A stretch of 64,000 nt of DNA. It comes from Bacteroidota bacterium. Lineage in GTDB: Bacteria > Bacteroidota > Bacteroidia > Chitinophagales > Chitinophagaceae. Each line of letters starts with the position of its first letter. Positions within the stretch are counted from its first letter, which is position 1. The position numbers were made by a program, and so were the translations under genes. The notes below the pieces were generated by a model that was not told the origin of the DNA, did not search any database, and worked only from the letters and a program-made list of their open reading frames with translations. Location of the stretch: NCBI GenBank assembly GCA_018268085.1, contig JAFDXE010000014.1, forward strand, positions 8,140 to 72,139. The letters run 5' to 3'. This document shows positions 28,923 to 38,944 of the stretch, one piece after another.

Positions 28923-30272
28923 TTGGATACTCATTCGGTACTGTTAACCGTAAATAATCGTTTTCTTTATTTCTTAGCGATTACCCCTGCCGCAAACATT
29001 ATACTTATATCTTCAATTTTCCTCCTGCTGGTACTTTCGTTTTTAGTTGCAGGAAGTGAAGTGGCTTATTTTTCCCTTACCGCAAAAGATATAAATATTC
29101 TTAAAACAAGAAAGCAACCTTCTTTCAGACGTATTGTAAGCCTGCTGGAACAACCCAAAATTTTGCTGGCTACCATGCAGATCACCAATAGTTTTGTAAA
29201 CATTGGAATAATTCTGATCGCCAACCTGCTAATCAACGATTGGGTATCGGGCCAAAACATGCCTTTCTTCCTTGTTTTCCTGCTGAAAGTTTTTTCTGTT
29301 ACTATTTTCCTGGTTTTATTTGCGGAAGTTCTGCCTAAGGTTTGGGCAACTCACCATAAAGTTTGGTTTGCAGCTACCGCCTCCTTAATTATAGAAATAT
29401 TCAACAGTTTGTTTTACAGCTTAAGCAAGCGACTGGTAAAATTCAGCGATAATGTAGAGAGAAAAGTGTCGCCGGAAAGTACATCTGCTATGGACCAGAG
29501 CAGCCTTGATTATGCGATAGACCTGTTGCCGGAAGATGAGGCAAGCATCGAAGAAAAACAGATACTCAAAGGCATCCGCAAATTCGGTGATACAACAGTA
29601 AAGCAGATTATGCGTACAAGGCTCGACGTTAGTGGTATCGCTGCATCCAGTAATTTTGCAGAAGTGATCAGGCAAATAGAAGATATGCACTATTCGAGAT
29701 TACCTGTTTATAAAAATAATCTTGATGAGATTGCAGGAATGATTCATGCAAAAGACTTACTTCCTCTTTTACAGGAACCTGCAGATTTCGACTGGCACCC
29801 GCTTATGCGAAAGCCCTATTTCGTACATGAACAAAAACTGATTGAAGACCTGCTACAGGAATTCAGAGCAAAACGCATCCATTTTGCAATTGTGGTAGAT
29901 GAGTTCGGCGGTACATCCGGAATTGTAACTTTGGAAGACATCATGGAAGAGATCATCGGCGACATCAAAGATGAATTTGATGACGAAGAAAGTGTAAACA
30001 AAAAACTGGATGATTTCAACTACATATTTGAAGGGAAAACAATGATCAACGATGTATGCAAAGCAATGAACATCCCCGTTGATACATTCGATGCCATTCG
30101 CGGGGAAAGTGATTCGCTTGCCGGGCTGGTATTGGAGATTGCCGGCGAATTTCCACAGGTAAATGAAACAGTAGCCAATGGCGATTTTACATTCATACCC
30201 CTGGAAATAAATAAAAACAGGATCGATAAAGTAAAAGTAAATATTCAACCAGGGAAAACCGAACATGCTTAA
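28923..30272 (+). CDS. gldE: Gliding-motility-associated CBS/CorC protein GldE
   Basis: CNNM/DUF21 TM region (GSEVAYFSL, AEVLPK), tandem CBS (YSRLPV, VVDEFGGTSGIVTLEDIMEEIIG), CorC C-terminus; upstream of gldD. Confidence 0.85.
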   Translation: MDTHSVLLTVNNRFLYFLAITPAANIILISSIFLLLVLSFLVAGSEVAYFSLTAKDINILKTRKQPSFRRIVSLLEQPKILLATMQITNSFVNIGIILIANLLINDWVSGQNMPFFLVFLLKVFSVTIFLVLFAEVLPKVWATHHKVWFAATASLIIEIFNSLFYSLSKRLVKFSDNVERKVSPESTSAMDQSSLDYAIDLLPEDEASIEEKQILKGIRKFGDTTVKQIMRTRLDVSGIAASSNFAEVIRQIEDMHYSRLPVYKNNLDEIAGMIHAKDLLPLLQEPADFDWHPLMRKPYFVHEQKLIEDLLQEFRAKRIHFAIVVDEFGGTSGIVTLEDIMEEIIGDIKDEFDDEESVNKKLDDFNYIFEGKTMINDVCKAMNIPVDTFDAIRGESDSLAGLVLEIAGEFPQVNETVANGDFTFIPLEINKNRIDKVKVNIQPGKTEHA

Positions 30273-30933
30273 ATCACCAACAAGAATTGCTTATTGCGCC
30301 TTCATCATTTGCAGTTTTTTACTATTCATCGCCTGCAATTCAACCTATACTTCCAAAAAAAGAGGATACTTCAATATTGAATTACCTCAACATACGTACA
30401 CAACTTTTGATACAGCAGGATTTCCTTATAGTTTTGACTATCCTTCCTACGCAACAATTATCCGTGACTCAACTTATTTCGACAGCAGCCCCGAAAATCC
30501 TTACTGGATTAATGTAGATTTTCCAGGCCTGAATGCAAGAATATTCCTCAGTTATAAACTTATTGGCGGGAATGCTATTTATAAAATTAAACAAGCCAAC
30601 GGCACTTACCGTGATTCTGTTTCTATTAACCGGTTTGACAAAATGGTTAACGATGCTTTTAATCTTACCAATAAGAATGATGCCGTTGCCACTTCCATCA
30701 ACGACAGCGTTTTCAGAACCTCCAATGAAGTATCCGGTGTGTATTTTAAAGTTGGGGGCAACGCTGCCACCGCCCGACAGTTTTTTTTAAGCGACACTAC
30801 AAAAAATTTCCTCCGCGGCGCTTTGTACTTTGATGCAACGCCCAATGCAGATTCCCTGAGGCCGGTACTCGATTTTTTAACCGTAGATATGGACCACCTG
30901 ATTCGCAGTTTCAAGTGGAAAAAGTTACCGTAA
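30265..30933 (+). CDS. gldD: Gliding motility lipoprotein GldD
   Basis: Lipobox FIAC; GYFNIELP, FDYP, GNAAT..QFF, LRGALYF; overlaps the gldE stop. Confidence 0.82.
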   Translation: MLKSPTRIAYCAFIICSFLLFIACNSTYTSKKRGYFNIELPQHTYTTFDTAGFPYSFDYPSYATIIRDSTYFDSSPENPYWINVDFPGLNARIFLSYKLIGGNAIYKIKQANGTYRDSVSINRFDKMVNDAFNLTNKNDAVATSINDSVFRTSNEVSGVYFKVGGNAATARQFFLSDTTKNFLRGALYFDATPNADSLRPVLDFLTVDMDHLIRSFKWKKLP

Positions 30934-31008
30934 CATTTGCTTTCATCCTTTTCATTTTTACATTGATGCTTTCATGAAGTCCGCTGTAATAGCTGTATTT
31001 TTGCAACC

Positions 31009-31587
31009 ATGATAGCAATCGATAACGTATTGGTAAGCGATAAACTGGTAAGCGACCAGTTTGTTTGTGATCTTACAAAATGCAAAGGAGCTTGTTGTGT
31101 AGATGGTGATGCCGGAGCCCCGCTCAATAAAACTGAATTGAAAAATATAGATGAGGTTTTTGATAAAGTGTACCCGTATCTGAATAAAGAAAGTAAATCA
31201 GCAATTGAAAAGCAGGGAAGATATGTGTACGACAGGGAGTTTGGCTGGGTAACACCAACAATAGAAAGTAAAATTTGTGTGTATGGTATTACCGACAACA
31301 ATGGTATCGTAAAGTGCGGCATTGAACAGGCTTATCTCGATGGGAAAATTTCCTGGAAAAAGCCAATCAGTTGCCACCTGTTTCCTGTAATTGTTACTAA
31401 AAGCAAAGATGGCATAACAGAATATGCTAATTACGAACCAAGAGAAGATAACTGCAAAGCGGCCTGCGCCCTTGGCAAAAAACTGAAAGTGCCCGTGTAT
31501 CAGTTTTTAAAAGAACCATTGATCAGGAAATTCGGGGAAGAATTTTATGCTGCACTGGATGCAACAGCAACCCATCTTAAAAAATAA
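31009..31587 (+). CDS. DUF3109 family Cys-rich protein
   Basis: FVCDLTKCKGACCVDGDAGAPL, CGIEQAY, KPISCHLFP. Confidence 0.82.
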   Translation: MIAIDNVLVSDKLVSDQFVCDLTKCKGACCVDGDAGAPLNKTELKNIDEVFDKVYPYLNKESKSAIEKQGRYVYDREFGWVTPTIESKICVYGITDNNGIVKCGIEQAYLDGKISWKKPISCHLFPVIVTKSKDGITEYANYEPREDNCKAACALGKKLKVPVYQFLKEPLIRKFGEEFYAALDATATHLKK

Positions 31588-31609
31588 TAAACCAGCTTAA
31601 CATTAATCC

Positions 31610-32428
31610 ATGCGAAAATCAAATTATATACTACTCATTCTTTCCTGTTTAGTGCTCATCATACCTTCCTGTTCGGTTAATAAAGCAAAAATAGACAACA
31701 ACCTTAAAAAGTATTTTGAAGCGAAAAATGTTGATGGATGTTTTACCATGCTCAATAATTCTTCCGGAGAAATAACCGTGTATAACATGGCCCTGGATAC
31801 AACAAGGGTTCTTCCGGCTTCCACTTTTAAAATTGTAAACTCACTCATCGGTTTACAAACCGGTGCGATCAAAGATGAAAACATGATCATCAAATGGGAT
31901 GGAGAAAGGCGGCAGGTGAAAGAATGGAATAAAGATATGGACATGAAAGAAGCATTTAAAGTAAGTTCAGTTCCTTATTACCAGGAAGTAGCCAGGCGAA
32001 TCGGTAAAGACACTATGCAGTTGTGGATCGACAGCATTGGATATGGCAATAAAAATATCGGGGGGCCCATCGATTCATTCTGGCTGAACAATCATTTAAA
32101 AATATCTCCTGATGAACAACTTGGTTTATTGAAGCGTTTATATTTCGACCAGCTTCCGTTTAGAAAATCTGTTCAGCAAATAGTAAGAGACGTGATGTTG
32201 CAGGAAGACAACACTGCCTATAAACTAAGTTATAAAACCGGCTGGGGTTGGGATGAATCAGGCAATACTATCGGATGGCTGGTAGGATGGATAGAAGAAA
32301 ACAGGCATGTATATTTTTTTACAACCATGCTAAAATCAGATAAACATGATTTTGATATGACGAGAACAAGGCTGGATGTAACAAAGGATATCCTGAAAGA
32401 CCTTGGTTTTCTTGAAGGGAAAAAATAA
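31610..32428 (+). CDS. Class D (OXA-type) beta-lactamase-like protein, probable lipoprotein
   Basis: PASTFKI (SxxK), SSV (SxV), YGN, FWL, KTG motifs. Confidence 0.85.
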   Translation: MRKSNYILLILSCLVLIIPSCSVNKAKIDNNLKKYFEAKNVDGCFTMLNNSSGEITVYNMALDTTRVLPASTFKIVNSLIGLQTGAIKDENMIIKWDGERRQVKEWNKDMDMKEAFKVSSVPYYQEVARRIGKDTMQLWIDSIGYGNKNIGGPIDSFWLNNHLKISPDEQLGLLKRLYFDQLPFRKSVQQIVRDVMLQEDNTAYKLSYKTGWGWDESGNTIGWLVGWIEENRHVYFFTTMLKSDKHDFDMTRTRLDVTKDILKDLGFLEGKK

Positions 32429-32527
32429 GCTTGTACCTGTATTGAAATGAAACTGGTATTAAAATTTCAGGAATTTTCAAATAAATAAAATCTTCATCTA
32501 CACCTGGATCATTCCTCAAAGTAGCCT

Positions 32528-34168
32528 ATGCCTGAATTACAGTATACAAGATTTTTACTTTTGCTGTTATTGATACCGCTATTAACAGGCATATTCATAC
32601 TTGCAGTCTACGGCAAAAAATCGGCAGCTAAAAAAATCGGGGATCCGCTCCTGGTAAAACAACTATTAACGGGATACAATGCCAGGGCCTATTTTCAAAA
32701 GTTCGTAATTCTGCTTCTTTCATTTACGTTCCTGGTAATCGTACTCGCCAATCCACGCAAGGCAATCAGCGAAGAAAAGATCAGTCGCGATGGAATCGAC
32801 GTAATGTTTGCCATTGATGTAAGTAAAAGTATGCTGGCGCAGGATATTAAACCAAGCCGGTTGGACAGAGCAAAGCAGGTGTTGAACAGGCTGATAGATA
32901 AACTCGACAATGACCGGATCGGAATTGTAATTTTTGCCGGCAAAGCATACCTGCAAATGCCGCTTACTTCAGATCACTCCGCTGCTAAAATGTATTTATC
33001 GGCTGCTAATACAGAATCTGTTCCCACCCAGGGTACGGTAATCGGCGAAGCACTGAGAATTTGCAATAATTCATTCAACAACAAAGAAAAAAAATACAAA
33101 GCAATTGTTTTAATTACAGATGGCGAAGATCATGATAAAACTGCGCTAAAGGTTACGGAAGAATTGGCGGCATCAGGAGTAGCCATTTATACCGTTGGTA
33201 TTGGGTCTTCGCAGGGAGCTCCTTTAATTGATGAAACAACAAATGAAGTGAAGATTGACAATGAAGGAAATGCTGTTGTTACCAAATTGAATGAATCTAT
33301 ACTCAAACAAATTGCCCAAAAAGCAAATGGTGCTTACTTTCTTTTTAATAATACTGATGCTGTAATATCAGGAATTCAGCACGAGATCAATAGTATGGAT
33401 CAGCGGGGTGTAAAAGATGATTCTTTGATGAACTATTCGTCCTATTTCCAATACTTCCTGGCGCTGGCTTTTATTTTACTCATATGGGAATTATTTATTT
33501 CAGAAAATAAAAAAAGAAAAAAAGCAATCTCCAATCTAAAACCCGGATTGGCAGTATTATGTATGGTTGTTGCTCTTCCTGCAATGGCACAACAGCATCC
33601 TGAAAATGCAAATATTAAAAAAGGGAATGAGGCGTATTCAAAAGGCAATTATAAAAAGGCAACGGAATATTACGAGAAGGCATTAACAATAAATCCAAAT
33701 AGCCCGGTAGCAAAATTCAACCTGGGAAATGCAAAATGCAGATCCGGTAATAATGAAGAAGCCATTTCATTTTATGAGGCGGCTTTTAAGGTAATGGATA
33801 ATCCTGTTGATAAGAGTAATGCACTGTATAACAAAGCTGTTATTTACCAACGGGAGAACAAACTGGAAGAATGTATCGATGCTTATAAGAAAGCACTAAG
33901 GCTTGATCCTTTAAATGAAGATGCACGGCAGAACCTGCAAAGAGCACTTCAGTTACAGAAAAAGCAACAGCAGCAAAAAGAAAATAAAAAGAAAGAACAG
34001 CAACAGCAGAAGCAACAAAAGCAGGAACCGAAACAACAGCCATCCAAATTAACAAAGGAAGATGCGGAGAATAAATTAAAAGCTTTGAGCCAGCAGGAAA
34101 AAAATCTGCAGGATAAATTGCATAAGGTAAATGAAGTTTCAACCAATAAGCCGGCAAAAGACTGGTGA
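32528..34168 (+). CDS. BatB-like VWA protein fused to a BatC-like TPR domain
   Basis: MIDAS DVSKS, DIKPSRL, FAGKAYLQMPLT, ITDGED; then TM helices and TPRs (KGNEAY, KFNLGNA, ALYNKA, DARQNL) with a Gln/Lys tail ending KDW. Confidence 0.82.
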   Translation: MPELQYTRFLLLLLLIPLLTGIFILAVYGKKSAAKKIGDPLLVKQLLTGYNARAYFQKFVILLLSFTFLVIVLANPRKAISEEKISRDGIDVMFAIDVSKSMLAQDIKPSRLDRAKQVLNRLIDKLDNDRIGIVIFAGKAYLQMPLTSDHSAAKMYLSAANTESVPTQGTVIGEALRICNNSFNNKEKKYKAIVLITDGEDHDKTALKVTEELAASGVAIYTVGIGSSQGAPLIDETTNEVKIDNEGNAVVTKLNESILKQIAQKANGAYFLFNNTDAVISGIQHEINSMDQRGVKDDSLMNYSSYFQYFLALAFILLIWELFISENKKRKKAISNLKPGLAVLCMVVALPAMAQQHPENANIKKGNEAYSKGNYKKATEYYEKALTINPNSPVAKFNLGNAKCRSGNNEEAISFYEAAFKVMDNPVDKSNALYNKAVIYQRENKLEECIDAYKKALRLDPLNEDARQNLQRALQLQKKQQQQKENKKKEQQQQKQQKQEPKQQPSKLTKEDAENKLKALSQQEKNLQDKLHKVNEVSTNKPAKDW

Positions 34169-34259
34169 TACATGAAGCCTTTCTAAAACCGGTTCTGCTC
34201 CTGCGTAAATGCAATGTTTGTTATTATTTATGATAAATTGAAAACAGGTTTATATCTAT

Positions 34260-36233
34260 ATGCAATGGTATTGTGAATCTTTAACGGAATATAAGCGCCT
34301 TCCTGTAAGAGAGGTAAAGGTGGGAGAATTGTTGTTGGGTGCCAATCACCCGGTACGGGTACAAACAATGACCACCACCGACACAATGGATACAGCCGCA
34401 ACGGTTGAACAGGCGATCCGGTGCATCGAGGCCGGGGCTGAACTGGTGCGTATAACGGCTCCGTCCAAAAACGAAGCAGAAAATCTCAGGAATATAAAAG
34501 ACGCATTGCGAAAAAGAGGTTATACTACACCGTTAGTAGCAGATATTCATTTTACACCAAACGCTGCGGAAATTGCCGCAGGTATCGTTGAAAAAGTGAG
34601 GATCAATCCCGGTAACTACGTTGATAAAAAGAAATTTGAGCAACTTGAATATACCGATGAGGAATATGCAGAAGAAATAGATCGCATCAGGGAACGATTC
34701 ACACCACTGATTGCTATTTGTAAACAACATGGTACAGCTATGCGTATCGGTACCAATCACGGTAGCCTCAGCGATCGAATCATGAGCAGGTATGGCGATA
34801 CGGCAATAGGCATGGTGGAAAGTGCAATGGAATTTTTAAGGATTGCCCGGGCGCAAGATTACCATAATATCATGCTGAGCATGAAGAGCAGCAATCCTCA
34901 GGTTATGGTACAGGCATATCGCTTACTGATTCATCACATGATGAATGAATTCGGCGAGTGTTATCCTTTACACCTGGGTGTTACGGAAGCGGGCGATGGT
35001 GAGGATGGGAGAATCAAATCTGCCATCGGCATCGGTACTTTACTGGAAGATGGCATCGGCGATACCATACGGGTGTCGCTTACCGAGGATCCCGAACTGG
35101 AAATTCCGGTTTGTAAAGATCTTGTAAAAAGATACACTAACGGAACAGTACAAACGAAAAGTAATGTACCGGCTGTAAATAAGCTTCCCTATTCTCCCTT
35201 TGATTATAAAAGAAGGGAAACCATAGAAGTGAATAATATCGGTGGCAGGCATGTGCCCATTGTAATTGCCGACTTTAGTAAATATGCAACCATTACTGCA
35301 AAAGATCTTGAAGCCATCGGGTATATGTATGATGAAGGCTCGGATAAATGGTTTATTGGTGATATGGCAGCAGATTATATTTTTTGTAATGAAGCTTTAC
35401 CTTTTGAACTTCCGGGTACATTAAAAGTATTGTTATTGTACAATAACTGGATAGCCGTAAAAGAGAAAGTTGGGTATTACCCGTTGCTCAACGCGGTACA
35501 GTATATTGATGATAAGTTAGCCAAATCTTCAAGCGCTAATTTTGTAATGATAGATTGTTATTCTGAAGGCTATCCTGATCAGCAACTGGAAATTTTGTTT
35601 GAAAGGATTAAATCAGATCCAACCGTTGTGCTGTGTTTAAGTTCAAAGGAAAAGAACAGCATGCAATGTATCCGAAGGATGTTTATCGAACTTATAGAGC
35701 GCAGTATAAAAAATCCTGTGGTTGTTATAACAGATAGTACGCATGATACGTTGGATGAAAGCCTTATACACTACGCCGTTGAAACAGGTGCATTGCTGAT
35801 CGATGGATTTACTGATGGCATTTGTTTGGAACACCATTATGGAAATAGCACTGTTTCTCCGCAAACCGGGTTATTAAACAGTATAGCGTTTGGAATTTTA
35901 CAGGCCACCCGAACAAGGATTTCAAAAACAGAATATATCAGTTGCCCAAGTTGCGGACGTACGCTGTTTGATCTGCAGGAAACCACGGCAAAGATCCGTG
36001 CAGTAACCAATCATTTAAAAGGAGTGAAAATTGCCATCATGGGATGTATCGTTAACGGTCCAGGTGAAATGGCTGATGCAGATTTCGGTTATGTTGGCAG
36101 CGGGGTTGGAAAAATAACATTGTACCGCGGTAAGGAAGTAGTGAAAAGAAATGTAAACAGCGATGTAGCGGTTGATGAATTGATCAAACTATTAAAAGAA
36201 AGCAATGCCTGGGTTGATGCACCTGCTGTATAA
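34260..36233 (+). CDS. ispG: (E)-4-hydroxy-3-methylbut-2-enyl-diphosphate synthase, long three-domain form
   Basis: VQTMT, PLVADIHF, RINPGN, RIGTNHGSLS, HLGVTEAG, SCPSCGR, MGCIVNGPGE. Confidence 0.95.
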   Translation: MQWYCESLTEYKRLPVREVKVGELLLGANHPVRVQTMTTTDTMDTAATVEQAIRCIEAGAELVRITAPSKNEAENLRNIKDALRKRGYTTPLVADIHFTPNAAEIAAGIVEKVRINPGNYVDKKKFEQLEYTDEEYAEEIDRIRERFTPLIAICKQHGTAMRIGTNHGSLSDRIMSRYGDTAIGMVESAMEFLRIARAQDYHNIMLSMKSSNPQVMVQAYRLLIHHMMNEFGECYPLHLGVTEAGDGEDGRIKSAIGIGTLLEDGIGDTIRVSLTEDPELEIPVCKDLVKRYTNGTVQTKSNVPAVNKLPYSPFDYKRRETIEVNNIGGRHVPIVIADFSKYATITAKDLEAIGYMYDEGSDKWFIGDMAADYIFCNEALPFELPGTLKVLLLYNNWIAVKEKVGYYPLLNAVQYIDDKLAKSSSANFVMIDCYSEGYPDQQLEILFERIKSDPTVVLCLSSKEKNSMQCIRRMFIELIERSIKNPVVVITDSTHDTLDESLIHYAVETGALLIDGFTDGICLEHHYGNSTVSPQTGLLNSIAFGILQATRTRISKTEYISCPSCGRTLFDLQETTAKIRAVTNHLKGVKIAIMGCIVNGPGEMADADFGYVGSGVGKITLYRGKEVVKRNVNSDVAVDELIKLLKESNAWVDAPAV

Positions 36234-36263
36234 CCGTAAGGGCTACCTGCAAATAAGAAGAAT

Positions 36264-37862
36264 ATGCAAACAGATTTTCTAGTGATCGGATCGGGTATAG
36301 CCGGTTTAACCTATGCATTAAAAGTTGCAGAAGCATGCCCGGATAAAAAGGTAACCGTAATCACCAAAACCAAAAGCGACGAAACAAATACAAAATATGC
36401 CCAGGGCGGTATAGCAGGTGTAATGGATACCGACCATGATAGTTTCTCAAAACATATAGATGATACTTTGATTGCAGGTGATGGCTTATGCAATGTACCT
36501 GTAGTTGAAATTGTTGTAAAAGAAGGGGTAGACAGGATTGAAGAATTGATCGCCTGGGGCGCACAGTTTGACCGGGAGCCTGAAGGTGATTTTAAATTGG
36601 GCAAAGAAGGTGGCCATAGCGAAAACCGCATCCTGCATCACAAAGATGTAACCGGCAGGGAAATGGAGCGAACCTTACTGGAAGCGATCAAAAGCCGCAG
36701 GAATATTGAAATGGTAAATCATTGCTTTGTTCTCGACATCATTACACAACACCATCTCGGCTACCTGGTAACAAAATCAACTCCCGATATCGAATGTTAT
36801 GGTGTGTATGTTTTGAATCTCACAACAAACAAGATTGAGAAGATCGTTGCTAAGATAACCTTACTGGCAACCGGGGGAAACGGCCAGGTGTACAGGAGCA
36901 CTACCAATCCTGCCATTGCAACCGGAGATGGTGTGGCAATGGTTTACCGGGCCAAAGGACGAATTGAGAATATGGAGTTTATACAGTTTCATCCAACAGC
37001 ATTGTATGAGCCTGGTGTACGTGGACAATCATTTCTCATAACGGAAGCGGTTAGGGGCGATGGAGCCATCCTGCGCAACGCGTCTGGAGAAGCATTTATG
37101 GAACGCTATGATAAAAGAAAAGATCTTGCACCCAGAGACATTGTTGCAAGAGCCATAGATAGTGAAATGAAGATCAATGGTACAGAGTTCGTATATCTTG
37201 ATTGCAGGGATATGGACCCCGGGAAATTTGTAGAACATTTTCCGAACATCCATGCCAAATGTTTGAGTATCGGGATAGATACACGGAAAGATATGATCCC
37301 GGTTTCACCAGCGGCGCATTACAGTTGCGGCGGCGTTAAAACCGATGAATGGGGAAGAACTTCTATTAAAAATTTATATGCCTCCGGTGAGTGTGCCAGT
37401 ACAGGGTTACACGGCGCCAACAGGCTTGCCAGCAACTCATTGCTGGAGGCGATGGTTTTTTCTCACCGCAGCTATATTGATGCAGTAGCATTGATTGAAA
37501 GTTTATCCTTCAATGAAAGAATCCCGGATTGGAATGCGGAAGGAACTACGGCTCCGCATGAAATGATCCTGATTACACAAAGTTTGAAAGAACTGAAATT
37601 ACTCATGAGCGATTATGTGGGCATTGTACGCAACAACGAACGTTTACAGAGAGCCAATCGCCGGCTTGATTTGCTGCATGAAGAAACAGAGCAATTATAC
37701 CAGCGTCTTATTGTATCTCCTCAATTGTGCGAACTAAGGAATATGATAACGGTTGCCTATCTCATTGTAAAAAGCGCTGAACTGCGTAAAGAAAGCAGGG
37801 GGTTGCATTACAATACCGATTATCCCGGTCGTTCGGAGATTTTGCAGAATACTATTTTGTAA
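36264..37862 (+). CDS. nadB: L-aspartate oxidase
   Basis: GSGIAGL, TKYAQGGIA, EGGHS..RILH, QFHPT, LAPRDIVAR, GLHGANRLASNSLLE, ESRGLHY. Confidence 0.94.
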   Translation: MQTDFLVIGSGIAGLTYALKVAEACPDKKVTVITKTKSDETNTKYAQGGIAGVMDTDHDSFSKHIDDTLIAGDGLCNVPVVEIVVKEGVDRIEELIAWGAQFDREPEGDFKLGKEGGHSENRILHHKDVTGREMERTLLEAIKSRRNIEMVNHCFVLDIITQHHLGYLVTKSTPDIECYGVYVLNLTTNKIEKIVAKITLLATGGNGQVYRSTTNPAIATGDGVAMVYRAKGRIENMEFIQFHPTALYEPGVRGQSFLITEAVRGDGAILRNASGEAFMERYDKRKDLAPRDIVARAIDSEMKINGTEFVYLDCRDMDPGKFVEHFPNIHAKCLSIGIDTRKDMIPVSPAAHYSCGGVKTDEWGRTSIKNLYASGECASTGLHGANRLASNSLLEAMVFSHRSYIDAVALIESLSFNERIPDWNAEGTTAPHEMILITQSLKELKLLMSDYVGIVRNNERLQRANRRLDLLHEETEQLYQRLIVSPQLCELRNMITVAYLIVKSAELRKESRGLHYNTDYPGRSEILQNTIL

Positions 37863-38003
37863 CGGGCGTTTACCAGATTACCCGGAATCGTCATCCAGCC
37901 GGAAGAGGGTTTCAGGCGGGTGTCAGTCACTTGAAAGGTAAATCATTGCTCAGCTATTTCTAATCACCAAAACTTCTTTTATTACAGGAAATTCCGTTAC
38001 GCA

Positions 38004-38011
38004 TAACTTTG
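38004..38011 (+). promoter_or_regulatory. -7 element (TAACTTTG) upstream of the acyltransferase gene
   Basis: Exact TAnnTTTG match 15 nt upstream of the ATG. Confidence 0.6.
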
Positions 38012-38026
38012 TGCAATAATTAAGGC

Positions 38027-38929
38027 ATGTATTATTTCATTTACGGTTTATTATACCTTATTTCTTTACTACCGCTGTTTATCCTGTATCGTATCAGTGA
38101 TCTTGCTTTCCTGCTTATTTATTATGTTTTTGATTATCGAAGGGAAATGGTGATGAATAATATCAGCAATGCATTTCCAGATGCAACTGAAAAGGAAAAG
38201 AAACGAATTGCAAAAAAATTTTACCGGAATCTAACGGATACATTTATTGAGACGATTAAGTTACTCAGCATGTCTGAAAAGCAATTTTCAAAAAGGGCCA
38301 CAATGGATTTAACGGAATGCAATGCATTGGCGGCACAGGGAAAGAACCTGGTATTTTGCACCGGTCATCAAATGAATTGGGAATTTGGTAACCGCCTGAT
38401 GGCTGAAAATATGAATATTCCCTGGGTAGGTGTGTATATGAAAATAAAGAATGAAGCAATTGAAAGGTTGTTTTATAATTTACGTACAAAGCAGGGTGCG
38501 AAATTGATTGCTGCACAGGAATTCCGGTCGAAGTCGCACAACATTTTAAAAACGCCCTATGCATTGGGTTTGGTAGCAGACCAGAATCCGGGAGCGCCCA
38601 ATAGTTCATACTGGCTTAATTTCTTTGGTAAACCGGTGCCGTTTATTATTGGGCCCGACAGGTGGGCCGTACGAAATAATACGGTAGTTGTATTTGCAGA
38701 GTTGATAAATCTGAAGCGTGGATACTACCGTTTTGAACCAACGGTGATTACTGAAAATGCAGGTTCATATAAACCGGGGGAACTTACGTTACTGTATCGT
38801 GATTACCTGGAAGATTCTATTCGCCGCCATCCCGATAATTATTTATGGAGTCACAATCGCTGGAAATGGACTTTTGATCCGGCGTATAAAAAATGGTGGA
38901 TCGACAGGGATCCACCACCGGGGGACTAA
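38027..38929 (+). CDS. Lipid A late acyltransferase-like (LpxL/HtrB lysophospholipid acyltransferase family)
   Basis: GHQMNWE, LVADQNP, YLWSHNRWK. Confidence 0.85.
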   Translation: MYYFIYGLLYLISLLPLFILYRISDLAFLLIYYVFDYRREMVMNNISNAFPDATEKEKKRIAKKFYRNLTDTFIETIKLLSMSEKQFSKRATMDLTECNALAAQGKNLVFCTGHQMNWEFGNRLMAENMNIPWVGVYMKIKNEAIERLFYNLRTKQGAKLIAAQEFRSKSHNILKTPYALGLVADQNPGAPNSSYWLNFFGKPVPFIIGPDRWAVRNNTVVVFAELINLKRGYYRFEPTVITENAGSYKPGELTLLYRDYLEDSIRRHPDNYLWSHNRWKWTFDPAYKKWWIDRDPPPGD

Positions 38930-38944
38930 ATAGCGTTAAGTAAC

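Noticed and set aside
33950-34040. CAG/AAA-rich repeat in the BatC-like tail as a DNA repeat element
   Set aside because: It encodes the Gln/Lys low-complexity linker typical of BatC-like proteins.
34260-36233. Unusually long IspG as a novel fusion
   Set aside because: The three-domain form with a degenerate middle barrel is already known from Bacteroidota, Chlamydia and plants.
37863-38003. Riboswitch or sRNA after nadB
   Set aside because: Moderately GC-rich, but I could not find a convincing stem or known aptamer motif, and it lies 3' of nadB.
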